Assembly: GCA_963708025.1 (NCBI GenBank)
Contig: CAVPSB010000015.1
Coordinates: 256,001-320,000, forward strand
Direction of reading: 5' to 3'
DNA from: an uncultured Candidatus Rokubacteria bacterium
GTDB lineage: Bacteria; Methylomirabilota; Methylomirabilia; Rokubacteriales; DASRDR01
Length of the DNA stretch: 64,000 bases
The translations under genes were made by a program, and so were the position numbers. Below, piece by piece: positions 9,874 to 20,119 of the stretch; within the stretch, counting starts at the first letter, position 1, and every line of letters starts with the position of its first letter. The notes beneath the pieces are model-generated. The model ran no database searches. It was not told the origin of the DNA and worked only from the letters and a program-made list of their open reading frames with translations.

Positions 9874-10172
9874 TCACTCGCGTCCCACCCAGTACGTCGG
9901 ATCGGACGCCGCTTGAGATTCATCACCGCAAGGATCCGGATGCCGCTCGGCTTGATCTTGTAAAGCAGTGCGTAGGGAAATCGGCGGAGGAGACGACGAC
10001 GAACGGAACCACGGAGGATCACGCCAGCTTCGGGATGGTCGTCAATGGACTGTATACAGCGGTCGACCTCCTCGAGGAAAGAGGATCCCAGCCCGGGGCT
10101 CTCGAGGTCGTAGTACTGCGCGGCCTCGGTCAGCTCTCGTTCGGCGAGCCGGTGAAACTCGGGTGGAGCCAT
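9874..10172 (-). CDS. RelE/ParE family toxin (5-bp duplication shifts the last codons)
   Basis: FHRLAERELTEAAQYY...RRRLLRRFPYALLY...ILAVMNLKRRP; removing one tcgga copy (9897-9906) restores TYWVGRE-stop. Confidence 0.85.
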
Positions 10173-10397
10173 TCATTTCAGCTTCGCCCGAGCGTCCCGG
10201 AGCACATCGGCGGCTGGACGGGCAGAACCTGGCGCTGAGTCCCACTCGGCATCGCGCCGATCAGCCTCCTCCGCCCAGAGGCGCTCATTCTCCGGGTCCG
10301 AGAGCGTTTCGAGACTCTCGAGCAGCTTCTTGGCCAGTCGCGCCCGCGCCTGGGGATCCAGCTTGAGGGCTTCGGCCTCGATTTCGTCGATGCTCAT
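10173..10397 (-). CDS. Addiction-module antitoxin
   Basis: MSIDEIEAEALKLDPQARARLAKKLLESL...LWAEEADRR; abuts the toxin start. Confidence 0.85.
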   Translation of the reverse strand: MSIDEIEAEALKLDPQARARLAKKLLESLETLSDPENERLWAEEADRRDAEWDSAPGSARPAADVLRDARAKLK

Positions 10398-10437
10398 GCT
10401 CAGCATTCTACTACCACGCGGCCAGGCAAACCTTGTC

Positions 10438-10542
10438 ACCCATTACAACCCCGAACTTCCTCTTCACGCTGCTCATCGGGTACGTGGTCCCGGACCTGGA
10501 GAACCACGCCTGGGCGGCTTCCGGATGCGCTTCCTCTTCTGA
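10438..10542 (+). repeat. Diverged duplicate of the 3' ~105 bp of the beta-barrel gene (9548-9654)
   Basis: Both copies share ccgaac.tcctcttcacgctgctc...accacgcctggg...ggcttccgga...ttcctcttctga. Confidence 0.9.
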
Positions 10543-10622
10543 GGGCGCACCCGCCCGGCCTTGACCGGGCCCGCGTCCTTCTCCCATGCGCGGGGTCCGA
10601 CCCCCTGCCGCCCCGCAAGGGT

Positions 10623-10849
10623 CCCCCCTTGACGCGACCCGGCGGCTCGGCCGAGGATGAAGCCCCCCGGTCCCTGTCGAACCAGCACGCCCGTCTCCAG
10701 GGGAGCCCGAATGACGTCGGCAAACGGCCCGGTCGCGGTGGAGCGGAACCTCCTCGTTCCGCTGTCGGACGGCGTCGAGCTCGCCGCCGACCTCTACCGG
10801 CCGGAGGCCGGCGGCCCCTGGCCGGCGATCCTCACCTTCATCCCGTACC
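10623..10849 (+). pseudogene. Duplicate of the promoter and first ~46 codons of the CocE/NonD gene (matches 11604-11830)
   Basis: Ungapped direct repeat with offset 981; MTSANGPVAVERNLLVPLSDGVELAADLYRP...TFIPY, then abrupt divergence. Confidence 0.9.
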
Positions 10850-10932
10850 TCCATGCCCACTTGCCTTGCGTGATGATTACGGCTCCAGGTATGCATCGCG
10901 GACGATCGGCCGGAGGACCTCGTTGAACTGGG

Positions 10933-11271
10933 TCACGCACTCCCCGGCCAGTCACTACCATTCGGATAGGATGACCAGTCCGTTTGCCCGAAAGCCTCCA
11001 GGAAACGCCGTGTGAACTCCCCGCGAGGAGCTTGCCGGAAGGTCACGCGCAGCACCTTGACCGAGCCCGGACGATCAACAGCCCGCACACTGAGCACGAA
11101 TTCCTCGTCCCGCGTGAAGCACAGGTCGTAGGACTGAGCCACTTCTCGATAGAGGCGGCCGTTGTCGAGACCCTTCAGCCGGAGGCTCGTCACCGAGTCG
11201 ACCTCGTGGCCGAGCCGTCGAAGGGCGACACGGAGCGACTCGGGCATGTTCTCGTCGAGCAAGACCCTCAC
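10933..11271 (-). CDS. DUF5615/Mut7-C-like PIN toxin
   Basis: RVLLDENMP...LGHEVDSV...FTRDEEF. Confidence 0.85.
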   Translation of the reverse strand: MRVLLDENMPESLRVALRRLGHEVDSVTSLRLKGLDNGRLYREVAQSYDLCFTRDEEFVLSVRAVDRPGSVKVLRVTFRQAPRGEFTRRFLEAFGQTDWSSYPNGSDWPGSA

Positions 11272-11483
11272 GGGGCCGTGATGCGGTCCGAATGGGCCAG
11301 CTCTTCCAGGGCGCCCTTGATAGCCTCCTCCGTGAGGCTCGGATACTCCTGCACGATCTCCGGGATCGTCATCCCGCAGGCCAGGGTCTCGAGCAGGAAT
11401 TCGATCGAGATCCGGGTCCCCGCGACGCGCGGCTTCCCGCCGAGATGCTCAGGATCGGCGACGATCCACTTCACTGTCTTCAC
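11268..11483 (-). CDS. DUF433 antitoxin
   Basis: IVADPEHLGGKPRVAGTRI...EYPSLTEEAIKGAL; 4-bp overlap with the toxin. Confidence 0.9.
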   Translation of the reverse strand: MKTVKWIVADPEHLGGKPRVAGTRISIEFLLETLACGMTIPEIVQEYPSLTEEAIKGALEELAHSDRITAP

Positions 11484-11609
11484 CCCCTCGAGGTGAGAGT
11501 CTCTGACAATCTACGTTTCGGCTCTGGCCTCGTCCAGTGACCTGACAACCATCGAAAGCGGGTCCCAAGTTGCCGCGATTGTAGCAGAGGCGGCTCGGGC
11601 AGACCCCCC

Positions 11610-11639
11610 TTGACGCGGCCGGGCGGCTCGGCCGAGGAT
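11610..11639 (+). promoter_or_regulatory. Putative sigma70-type promoter TTGACG-N18-GAGGAT
   Basis: Same layout at 10629 and at 19987 (TTGACG-N18-GACGAT). Confidence 0.45.
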
Positions 11640-11691
11640 GAAGCCCTCAGGTCCCTGCCGAATCAGCATGCCCGTCTCCAGGGGAGCCCGA

Positions 11692-13605
11692 ATGACGTCG
11701 GCGAACGGCCCGGTCGCGGTGGAGCGGAACCTCCTCGTTCCCCTGTCGGACGGCGTCGAGCTCGCCGCCGACCTCTACCGCCCGGACGCCGGCGGTCCCT
11801 GGCCGGCGATCCTCACCTTCATCCCGTACCACAAGGACGGGCGGGGCGGCCGCCTGGACGTCGAGGCGGTGAACCGCTACTTCGCCGCCCGCGGCTACGC
11901 GGCGCTCACCGTGGACTTCCGCGGCCTCGGCAACTCGGGCGGGGTGAACCGGCAGCCCTTCGATCCCCAGGAGGCGAAGGACGGCCACGAGGTCGTCGAG
12001 TGGGTGGCGGCCCGGCCGTGGTGCGACGGGAACGTCGGCATGTGGGGCGTCTCCTACGGCGGCATCACCGCGCTGTCGGTGGCCGCGACCCGCCCGCCGC
12101 ACCTCAAGGCGATCGTGCCGATCCACGCCTGCAGCGACATCTATCACGACTTCGTGGCGCCGGGCGGCTGCCGGGGCGGCTTCTGGAACCAGGCCGACTG
12201 GGGGCCGCGCATGGTGGCCTTCAACCTGATGCCGCCCCTCTGGCAGGACCCGGAGCGGCCGCTGGGCGCGGATCTGGGCCGAGCACCTGGAGGCGAACGG
12301 CCCGTGGCTCTTCGCCTGGTGGGAGCACCCGGACTTCGACGACTTCTGGGCCGCTCGCGTGATCCCGGTCGAGCGCATCGAGTGTCCGGCCTTCCTGATC
12401 GGCGGCTGGCGCGACCTCTACGCCGAGGCGACCGTCCGCGACTTCGGCCGGATCCCGGCGCCCCGGCGCCTGCTGATGGGCCCGTGGAAGCACGCCTTCC
12501 CCGACGTGGCGCTCGACGCGCCGGCGGCGGGGCTCCACGAGCTGGAGCGCTGGTGGGAGCGGTGGCTCCGGGGCAAGGACAACGGGGTGATGGCCGAGCC
12601 CGCGGTGACGCTGTACGTCCAGGGCGCGGAGGCCGGCTGGCGTCACGAGGCCGGCTGGCCCTCGCCGCGGGTCGCGCGCACGCCCTGGTACCTCCACGGC
12701 GACGGCGGGCTGTCGGCGACCGCCCCCGCCGCGACGACCAGCCGCTACGCCTACGACGCGACGGTCGGCCTGGCGTCGCTCGGCTGGGACCCCTGGACGA
12801 CGACGCTCGACCCGGCCCTCCCCTACGACCAGGGCGCCGACGACGCGCGCTCGCTCGCCTTCACGTCGGCGCCGCTGGCGGCGCCGCTCGAGCTGGTCGG
12901 GAGCCCCGTCGCCACGCTCGACCTGGCGGCGTCCGCGAGCCCGCTCCGGGTGGTGGCCAAGCTCGGCGACGTCGCGCCGAACGGCCGCTCGACCCTCGTC
13001 GCGCTCGGCTGGCTCGACCTGCGGCCTGCCCCCCGGCGAGCGCGGCCAGGTCGCGGTGCCCCTCCGGGCCACCGCCTACCGGGTCGCCGCCGGCCACCGC
13101 TTGCGGCTCAGCCTGGCCTGCGCCGACTTCCCCCGCATCTGGCCGACCGCGGCACCGGCCGAGCTGAGCGTCTACCACGGCGCCTCGCGCGTCGAGCTCC
13201 CGGTGGCGGCGGCCGGCCCCTCGCTTGCCGGCGCCGGTGTGGGGCCCGCTCCAGCCGGAGTCGCTGAAGGGGCCCGCCGACCTCGGCGGCACCCAGCACT
13301 GGGAGACGCGGCGGGACCTGGGCGCCGACGTCGTGACCCTCGACGCCACCAAGGAAGAGCGCCAGCAGCTCGACGGCTTCACGCGGCTCCACAGCCGCCA
13401 CCACTACCGCGCCAGCGTCAGCGCCCGCCGCCCCGACGCGGCCCGGATGCAGTCGACCACCGAGGTGCGGATCGAGCGCCCGGTGGGGCAGACCGAGCTC
13501 ACCGTCACGACACTCACCACCACGCACCAGGTCGCCGTCACCGCCACGATCACGGTCGACGGCAGCCCGTTCTGGACCCGAACCTGGAATCGTGCGCTTC
13601 CCTGA
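11692..13605 (+). CDS. CocE/NonD family serine hydrolase (peptidase S15); frameshifts near 12260, 13030 and 13225
   Basis: DGVELAADLYRP, VDFRGLGNSGG, nucleophile motif WGVSYGG, GGWRD, MGPWKH, GHRLRLSL. Confidence 0.85.
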
Positions 13606-13618
13606 GAGGAGGTTCCCC

Positions 13619-15183
13619 ATGAGCAGCCGGTACCTGCGGTCGCTGGCCTGGCTCCTGGTCGCGGTGGCGCTGGTCGCCGTCCCCGGGACGGACGCCTCGG
13701 CCCAGAAGAAGGGCGGCGTCATCCGCGTCGCCGTCCTCGGCGATCCGCCGACGCTCGACTCGCACTGGACGACCGCCAACTTCGTCGAGGTCATCACCCA
13801 GCACATGTACGAGGGGCTCTACACCCTCGACCAGAGCTACCAGCCGATCCCCGACCTGGCCGACGGCATGCCGGCGGTGAGCGCCGACGGCCTCGTCTAC
13901 ACGATCAAGCTCCGCCAGGGGATCAAGTTCCACAACGGCAAGGAGATGACGAGCGAGGACGTGGTCGCCTCGCTCAAGCGCTGGGGCGGTTACGCGGCCC
14001 AGGCCAAGGCCCTGTGGGCCTCGGTGGAGGACGTGCGGCCGATCCGGGAAGTACGCGGTCGAGCTCCGGCTCAAGGAGAAGGTGGGCATCGTCCTGATCG
14101 CGCTGGCCAACGCCAACAACTTCGGCGCGATCTACCCGAAGGAGATCGCCGAGAAGTACCCGACGCCGAACAAGGTGACCGAGTACATCGGGACCGGCCC
14201 CTACAAGTTCGTCGAGTGGAAGCCGGACAGCCACATCCGCATGGTCCGCTACGACGACTACAAGCCGCGCTCGGAGGCGCCCAACGGCTGGGGCGGGCGG
14301 AAGGTCGCCTACCTGGACGAGATCCGCTGGATCCCGATGCCGGACGTGGCGACCCGGGTCGCCGCGCTGGAGTCGGGCGAGGTGGACTTCGCCGACGACC
14401 TCCAGGCCGACGCGTACGGCCGGATCAAGGAGAACCCGAAGCTCAAGCCCCTGGTCGTCCGGCCGTACACCTGGGCGATCGGCGTCTTCAACAAGAAGGA
14501 AGGCCTGATGACCAACCAGAAGCTCCGCCAGGCCATCCAGGCGGCGATCGACGTCGAGCCGGTGATGAAGGGCGCGGTCGGGAACCCGCTCTTCTACCGG
14601 CTGGACTCCGGGCTCTCCTTCCAGGAGCAGAAGGCCTGGCACTCGACGGTCGGGGCGCCCTGCGTACAACAAGCACGACAAGGACAAGGCCAAGCAGCTC
14701 CTCAAGGAGGCCGGCTACAAGGGCGAGCCGGTCCGGTTCCTCACCACCAAGGAGTACGCCTGGATGTACAACTACGCCCTGGTCACCAAGCAGCAGCTCG
14801 AGGAGCTGGGGATGGTGATCGACCTCCAGGTGGTGGACTGGGCGACGCTCGTCCAGCGGCGGAACAACCCGCAGATGTACGACATCTTCACGACCGGCAT
14901 GTCCTTCGTCCCCGACCCGACCCAGCACCCCTACCTCCGCTGCGACTGGCCGGGCTGGACCTGCGACGAGCAGATCGGCAAGGGGCTGGACGCGATCCGG
15001 CGGGAGCCGGACCCCGCCAAGCGCCGCGCGATCTGGGAGGAGATCCACAAGCGCTTCTACGAGTACGTGCCGGCGATCCGCTACGGCGACATCTTCGGGT
15101 TCCGCGCCATGCAGGCCTCCGTCAAGGGCTTCAACGAGAACATGACGTTCTACCGCTTCTACAACGTCTGGCTCGACAGGTAG
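13619..15183 (+). CDS. ABC transporter family-5 (Dpp/Opp/Nik-like) substrate-binding protein 1 (frameshifts near 14045 and 14660)
   Basis: Signal peptide, KLRQGIKFHNG, GTGPYKF, ends FYNVWLDR. Confidence 0.85.
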
Positions 15184-15206
15184 CGGCCGAGCGAGGGAGG
15201 GGAGCC

Positions 15207-16774
15207 ATGAGAGGCAAGACGGCGCTCGCGATCGCGCTGCTCGCGCTGCTGGGGGTCGGCCTCGTCGTGGCGCGCCCGGACTCGCCCAGGCCCCGAAGAA
15301 GGGCGGCGTCCTCCGGGTGGCCAACCTCGGGGAGCCGCCGACGCTCGACGCCCACTGGACGACGGCCACCCTCACCGAGGTGCTGACGAACCACCTCTAC
15401 GAGGGGCTCTATGCCCTGGACGAGGGCTACCGGCCGATCCCCATGCTGGCCGAGGGCATGCCGGCGGTGTCGGCGGACGGCCTGACCTACACGTTCAAGC
15501 TCCGGCAGGGGATCAAGTTCCACAACGGCAAGGAGATGACCAGCGCCGACGTGGTGGCGTCGCTCGTCCGGTGGGGGCAGCAGTCCGTGTACGGGCGCGC
15601 CCTCTACGCGGTGGTCGCCGACACCCGGGCGCCCGACCGCAACACCGTCGAGCTCAAGCTCAAGCAGAAGTACGCCGCCGTCCTGGTGGCGCTGGCCGCT
15701 CCCAACAACTTCGCCGCCGTCTACCCGAAGGAGATCGCCGAGCGTTTCAAGCCCCAGGAGAAGGTGACCGAGTTCGTGGGCACCGGCCCATTCAAGCTCG
15801 CCGAGTGGAAGCCCGACCAGTACATCCGCATGGTGCGCTTCGACGAGTACAAGTCGCGGAGCGAGCCGTCCAACGGCTACGGCGGCGGCAAGACCGTGTG
15901 GGTCGACGAGCTGCGCTGGATCCCGGTGCCGGACGTGGCCACCCGGGTGGCCCAGATGGAGACCGGGGAGCTGGACTTCGCCGACGACCTGAACATCGAC
16001 GCCTTCGAGCGGCTCCAGAAGAGCGCCAGCGCCCGCCCGGTCGTCGCCAAGCCCTACTACTGGCTCGTCGCCGTCCTCAACAAGAAGGAAGGGCTGATGA
16101 CGAACCAGAAGCTCCGCCAGGCCTGGCAGGCGGCGATCGACATCGAGCCGATCATGAAGGCGGTGGCCGGCGGGCGCCCGGAGTTCTACCGGATGGACTC
16201 GGGGCTGGCCTTCGTCGAGAACGCGGTCTGGTACGTCAAGCCGGAGGGCGTGCCCTGGAACGAGCGGAACAAGGAGAAGGCCAAGCGGCTCCTGCAGGAG
16301 GCCGGCTACAAGGGCGAGCCGGTCCGCTTCGTGACGACGCAGGAGTACAAGTGGATGTACGACTTCGCCCTGCTGACCAAGCAGCAGCTCGAGGACGTGG
16401 GGTTCACCATCGACCTCCAGGTGGTCGACTGGGCCACCCTGGTGAAGCGACGCAACAACCCGAAGGAGTACGAGGCCTTCACCACCGGGACCGGGAACTT
16501 CTTCGAGCCCACGGCTTTCACCATCCTCTCCTGCACGTGGCCCGGCTGGACCTGTGACGAGGACATCCAGCGGCTCCTCGCCGAGATGGGGCGGGAGACC
16601 GACCCGAAGAAGCGCTACGCCCTGTGGGTTGACATGCACAAGCTCTTCTACGAGAAGGTGCCGTCGATCCGCTACGGCGACCTGCACGGGCTCCGGGCGG
16701 CCAACCGGAAGCTCCGGGGCTTCAACGAGAAGACGGAGCGGCCGCGCTTCTACAACGTCTGGGTGGACAAGTAG
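15207..16774 (+). CDS. Family-5 substrate-binding protein 2 (frameshift near 15290)
   Basis: Paralog of protein 1; KFHNG and GTGPFK motifs. Confidence 0.88.
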
Positions 16775-16790
16775 CGCTCGGTAGCGACAG

Positions 16791-16833
16791 ACTCCTCTCC
16801 CCCGCCTCGGGGGAGAGGGCCGGGTGAGGGGGG
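16791..16833. repeat. REP-like GC-rich palindrome between binding-protein genes
   Basis: cctctcccccg-cct-cgggggagagg inverted repeat followed by gccgggtgagggg. Confidence 0.6.
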
Positions 16834-16841
16834 ACGTGGCC

Positions 16842-18410
16842 ATGCGCCGTACGCTCTCGATCGCCGCCGCGCTCCTCGGGCTCGTGGTGGCGCTGATCGC
16901 CGTCACCGCGCCACCGGCCGACGCCCAGAAGCGGGGCGGCGTCATCCGGGTCGGCAACCTCGGCGAGCCGCCGGCCCTCGATCCCCACGTGTTGACGACC
17001 GCCCTGGCCGAGACGCTGACCAACCACATCTACGAGGGTCTCTACACGCTCGACGAGAACAACCGCCCGATGCCCATGCTGGCCGAGGGGATGCCGGCCG
17101 TCTCGCGGGACGGGCTCACCTACACCATCAAGCTCCGCTCGGGGATCAAGTTCCACAACGGCAAGGAGCTGACCGCCGACGACGTCGTCGCCTCGCTCGC
17201 CCGCTGGGGCCGGCTGGCCGCGTCCGGGAAGACCCTGTTCGCCCAGGTGGCGGATTTACGTCCGGTGGACCGGTCCACGGTCGAGCTCCGGCTCAAGGAG
17301 AAGTCGCCGGTCGTCGTCCTGACCCTGGCCATCCCGAACAACTTCGCCGCCATCTACCCGAAGGAGATCGCCGAGAAGTACCCGCAGGTCAAGGTGAGCG
17401 AGTACGTGGGAACCGGCCCCTTCCGGGTCGCCGAGTGGAAGCCCGACCAGTACGTCCGCATGGTCCGCTTCGACGACTACAAGCCGCGGAGCGAGCCGGC
17501 CAGCGGGTACGGCGGGGCGAAGGTCGCGTACCTGGACGAGGTCCGCTGGATCCCGGTCCCCGACGTCGCGACCCGGGCGGCCCAGATCGAGACCGGCGAG
17601 CTGGACTTCGCCGACGACCTGAGCCTGGACCAGTACGATCGGCTGGCCCGCAGCCCGAACGTCCGGCCGCTGGTGGCCAAGCCCTACTTCTGGCTCATCG
17701 CCGTCTTCAACAAGAAGGAAGGGCTGATGACCAACCAGAAGCTCCGGCAGGCCTGGCAGGCCGCCATCGACATCGAGCCGATCATGCGGAGCGTGGCCGG
17801 CGGCAAGCCGGACTTCTACCGCCTCGACTCGAGCCTGGTCTTCGCCGAGGTCACCGAGTGGCACACCAAGATCGCCGGGCTGCCGTACAACGAGCGCAAC
17901 CCCGAGAAGGCCAAGCGCCTCCTCAAGGAGGCCGGCTACAAGGGCGAGCCGATCCGGTTCATCACGACGAAGGAGTACAAGTGGATGTACGACTTCGCCG
18001 TCCTGTCCAAGCAGCAGCTCGAGGACGTGGGCTTCGTGATCGACCTCCAGGTGTTGGACTGGGCCACGCTCTCCCAGCGACGCTTCAACCCCAAGGAGTA
18101 CGACGTCTTCACCACCGGGATCGGGATGGGCGCCCAGTACGACCCGATGCACGCGGCCATCCTGAGCTGCACCTGGGCGGGCTGGACCTGCGACGAGGAC
18201 ATCCAGCGGATCCAGCAGGAACTGGGCCGGGAGACCGACCCCAGGAAGCGCTACGCCCTCTGGGAGCAGCAGACGCGCCTCTACTACGAGAAGGTGCCCT
18301 CGATCCGCTACGGCGACCTCCACGGGCTCCGGGCGACGCTGAAGACCGTGAAGGGCCTCAACGAGAAGACCGAGCGCCCCCGCTTCTACAACGTCTGGCT
18401 GGAGAGGTGA
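16842..18410 (+). CDS. Family-5 substrate-binding protein 3
   Basis: Intact ORF with signal peptide and the same motifs. Confidence 0.92.
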   Translation: MRRTLSIAAALLGLVVALIAVTAPPADAQKRGGVIRVGNLGEPPALDPHVLTTALAETLTNHIYEGLYTLDENNRPMPMLAEGMPAVSRDGLTYTIKLRSGIKFHNGKELTADDVVASLARWGRLAASGKTLFAQVADLRPVDRSTVELRLKEKSPVVVLTLAIPNNFAAIYPKEIAEKYPQVKVSEYVGTGPFRVAEWKPDQYVRMVRFDDYKPRSEPASGYGGAKVAYLDEVRWIPVPDVATRAAQIETGELDFADDLSLDQYDRLARSPNVRPLVAKPYFWLIAVFNKKEGLMTNQKLRQAWQAAIDIEPIMRSVAGGKPDFYRLDSSLVFAEVTEWHTKIAGLPYNERNPEKAKRLLKEAGYKGEPIRFITTKEYKWMYDFAVLSKQQLEDVGFVIDLQVLDWATLSQRRFNPKEYDVFTTGIGMGAQYDPMHAAILSCTWAGWTCDEDIQRIQQELGRETDPRKRYALWEQQTRLYYEKVPSIRYGDLHGLRATLKTVKGLNEKTERPRFYNVWLER

Positions 18411-18415
18411 CCTCC

Positions 18416-19966
18416 ATGGCACGCAAGCTCAGCCTCCTCACGCTGGCGGTCCTCCTCCTGGCGGTCGGCGCCCCGGCCTCCGCCCAGAAGAAGGGCGGCG
18501 TCCTCCGGGTCGGCATCATCGGCGAGCCGCCGGCCCTCGACGCCCACTGGACCACGGCGACCCTCACGTCCAACATGTCGAACCACCTCTACGAAGGCCT
18601 CTACACCCTGGACGACAACCGGCGCCCCATCCCCATGCTGGCCGAGGGCTTGCCGGTTGTCTCCCGGGACGGCCTGACCTACACCATCAAGCTCCGCCAG
18701 GGCGTGAAGTTCCACAACGGCAAGGAGATGACGTCGGAGGACGTGGTGGCCTCGCTCAAGCGCTGGGGCCAGCAGTCGGTCTACGGGCGGGTGGTGTTCG
18801 CCCAGACCGCCGATCTCACGGCGCCCGACCGGTACACGGTGGAGCTCCGGCTCAAGGAGCGATCGGCCGTGGTGCTGATCTCGCTGGCGGTGCCGGGCAA
18901 CTTCGCCGCCATCTACCCGCGGGAGATCGCGGAGAAATTCAAGCCGCAGGAGAAGATCACCGAGTTTGTCGGGACCGGGCCCTTCAAGTTCGCCGAGTGG
19001 AAGCCCGACCAGTACATCCGGTTCGTCCGCTTCGACGACTACAAGCCTCGGAGCGAGAAGCCCAACGGGTACGGCGGCGGCAAGACGGCGTACGTGGACG
19101 AGATCCGGTGGATCCCGGTCCCGGACGTCGCGACCCGGGTGGCCCAGATCGAGACGGGCGAGCTCGACTTCGCCGAGCAGCTCAACATCGACGCCTACGA
19201 CCGGCTCACCCGGAACGCGAGCGTCAAGCCGGTGGTCGCCAAGCCGGCCTTCTGGCTGGTCGCGGTCTTCAACAAGAAGGACGGCCTGATGACCAACCAG
19301 AAGCTCCGCCAGGCCTGGCAGGCCGCCCTCGACCTCGAGCCGATCATGCGGTCGGTGGCCGGCGGCCGGCGTGAGTTCTACCGGATCGACTGCAGCATCA
19401 TGTTCCAGGAGATGGCGGAGTGGCACGTGAAGCTCCCCGCGATGCCCTGCAACGAGCACAACAAGGAGAAGACGAAGAAGCTCCTGCAGGAGGCCGGCTA
19501 CAAGGGCGAGCCGATCCGGTTCATGACCACCCAGGAGTACAAGTGGATGTACGACTTCGCGCTGCTCTCCAAGCAGCAGCTCGAGGACGCCGGCTTCACG
19601 ATCGACCTGCAGGTGGTGGACTGGGCCACCCTGGTCAAGCGCCGCAACAACTCCAAGGAGTACGACGTCTTCACCACCGGCACCGGGATGTTCTACGACC
19701 CCACCCACCCGGACTTCCTGACCACCACCTGGCCGGGCTGGACGACGGACGAGGAGATCCTGAAGAACCAGGCGGAGCTGGCCCGGGAGACGGATCCCAA
19801 GAAGCGATACGCGATCTGGGAGCAGCAGCACCGGGTGTTCTACGACAAGGTCCCGGTGGCCCGCTACGGCGACCTCCACGGCCTCCACGCCATGCGGAGC
19901 CACCTCAAGGGGTACAACGACCGGCTGGAGTGGATCAGGTTCCAGAACGTCTGGCTCGACAAGTAG
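18416..19966 (+). CDS. Family-5 substrate-binding protein 4
   Basis: MARKLSLLTLAVLL... intact ORF with the same motifs. Confidence 0.92.
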   Translation: MARKLSLLTLAVLLLAVGAPASAQKKGGVLRVGIIGEPPALDAHWTTATLTSNMSNHLYEGLYTLDDNRRPIPMLAEGLPVVSRDGLTYTIKLRQGVKFHNGKEMTSEDVVASLKRWGQQSVYGRVVFAQTADLTAPDRYTVELRLKERSAVVLISLAVPGNFAAIYPREIAEKFKPQEKITEFVGTGPFKFAEWKPDQYIRFVRFDDYKPRSEKPNGYGGGKTAYVDEIRWIPVPDVATRVAQIETGELDFAEQLNIDAYDRLTRNASVKPVVAKPAFWLVAVFNKKDGLMTNQKLRQAWQAALDLEPIMRSVAGGRREFYRIDCSIMFQEMAEWHVKLPAMPCNEHNKEKTKKLLQEAGYKGEPIRFMTTQEYKWMYDFALLSKQQLEDAGFTIDLQVVDWATLVKRRNNSKEYDVFTTGTGMFYDPTHPDFLTTTWPGWTTDEEILKNQAELARETDPKKRYAIWEQQHRVFYDKVPVARYGDLHGLHAMRSHLKGYNDRLEWIRFQNVWLDK

Positions 19967-20119
19967 GCCGGCGCCATCCGACCCCCTTGACGCGAGCCCG
20001 TCACTCGCCGGACGATGGGCACCACCGAGTCGTCGGACCGCTGGACCCGGGACCGGCGCCGAGTGACCGCCGGTCTACGGATGGCGGGACCGCCAGTAGC
20101 CTGAAGGAGTGAGGTGATC

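Noticed and set aside
11484-11603. attC site next to the DUF433/PIN module
   Set aside because: Only a weak GTTGTCAGG-like match and no paired AAC box or hairpin.
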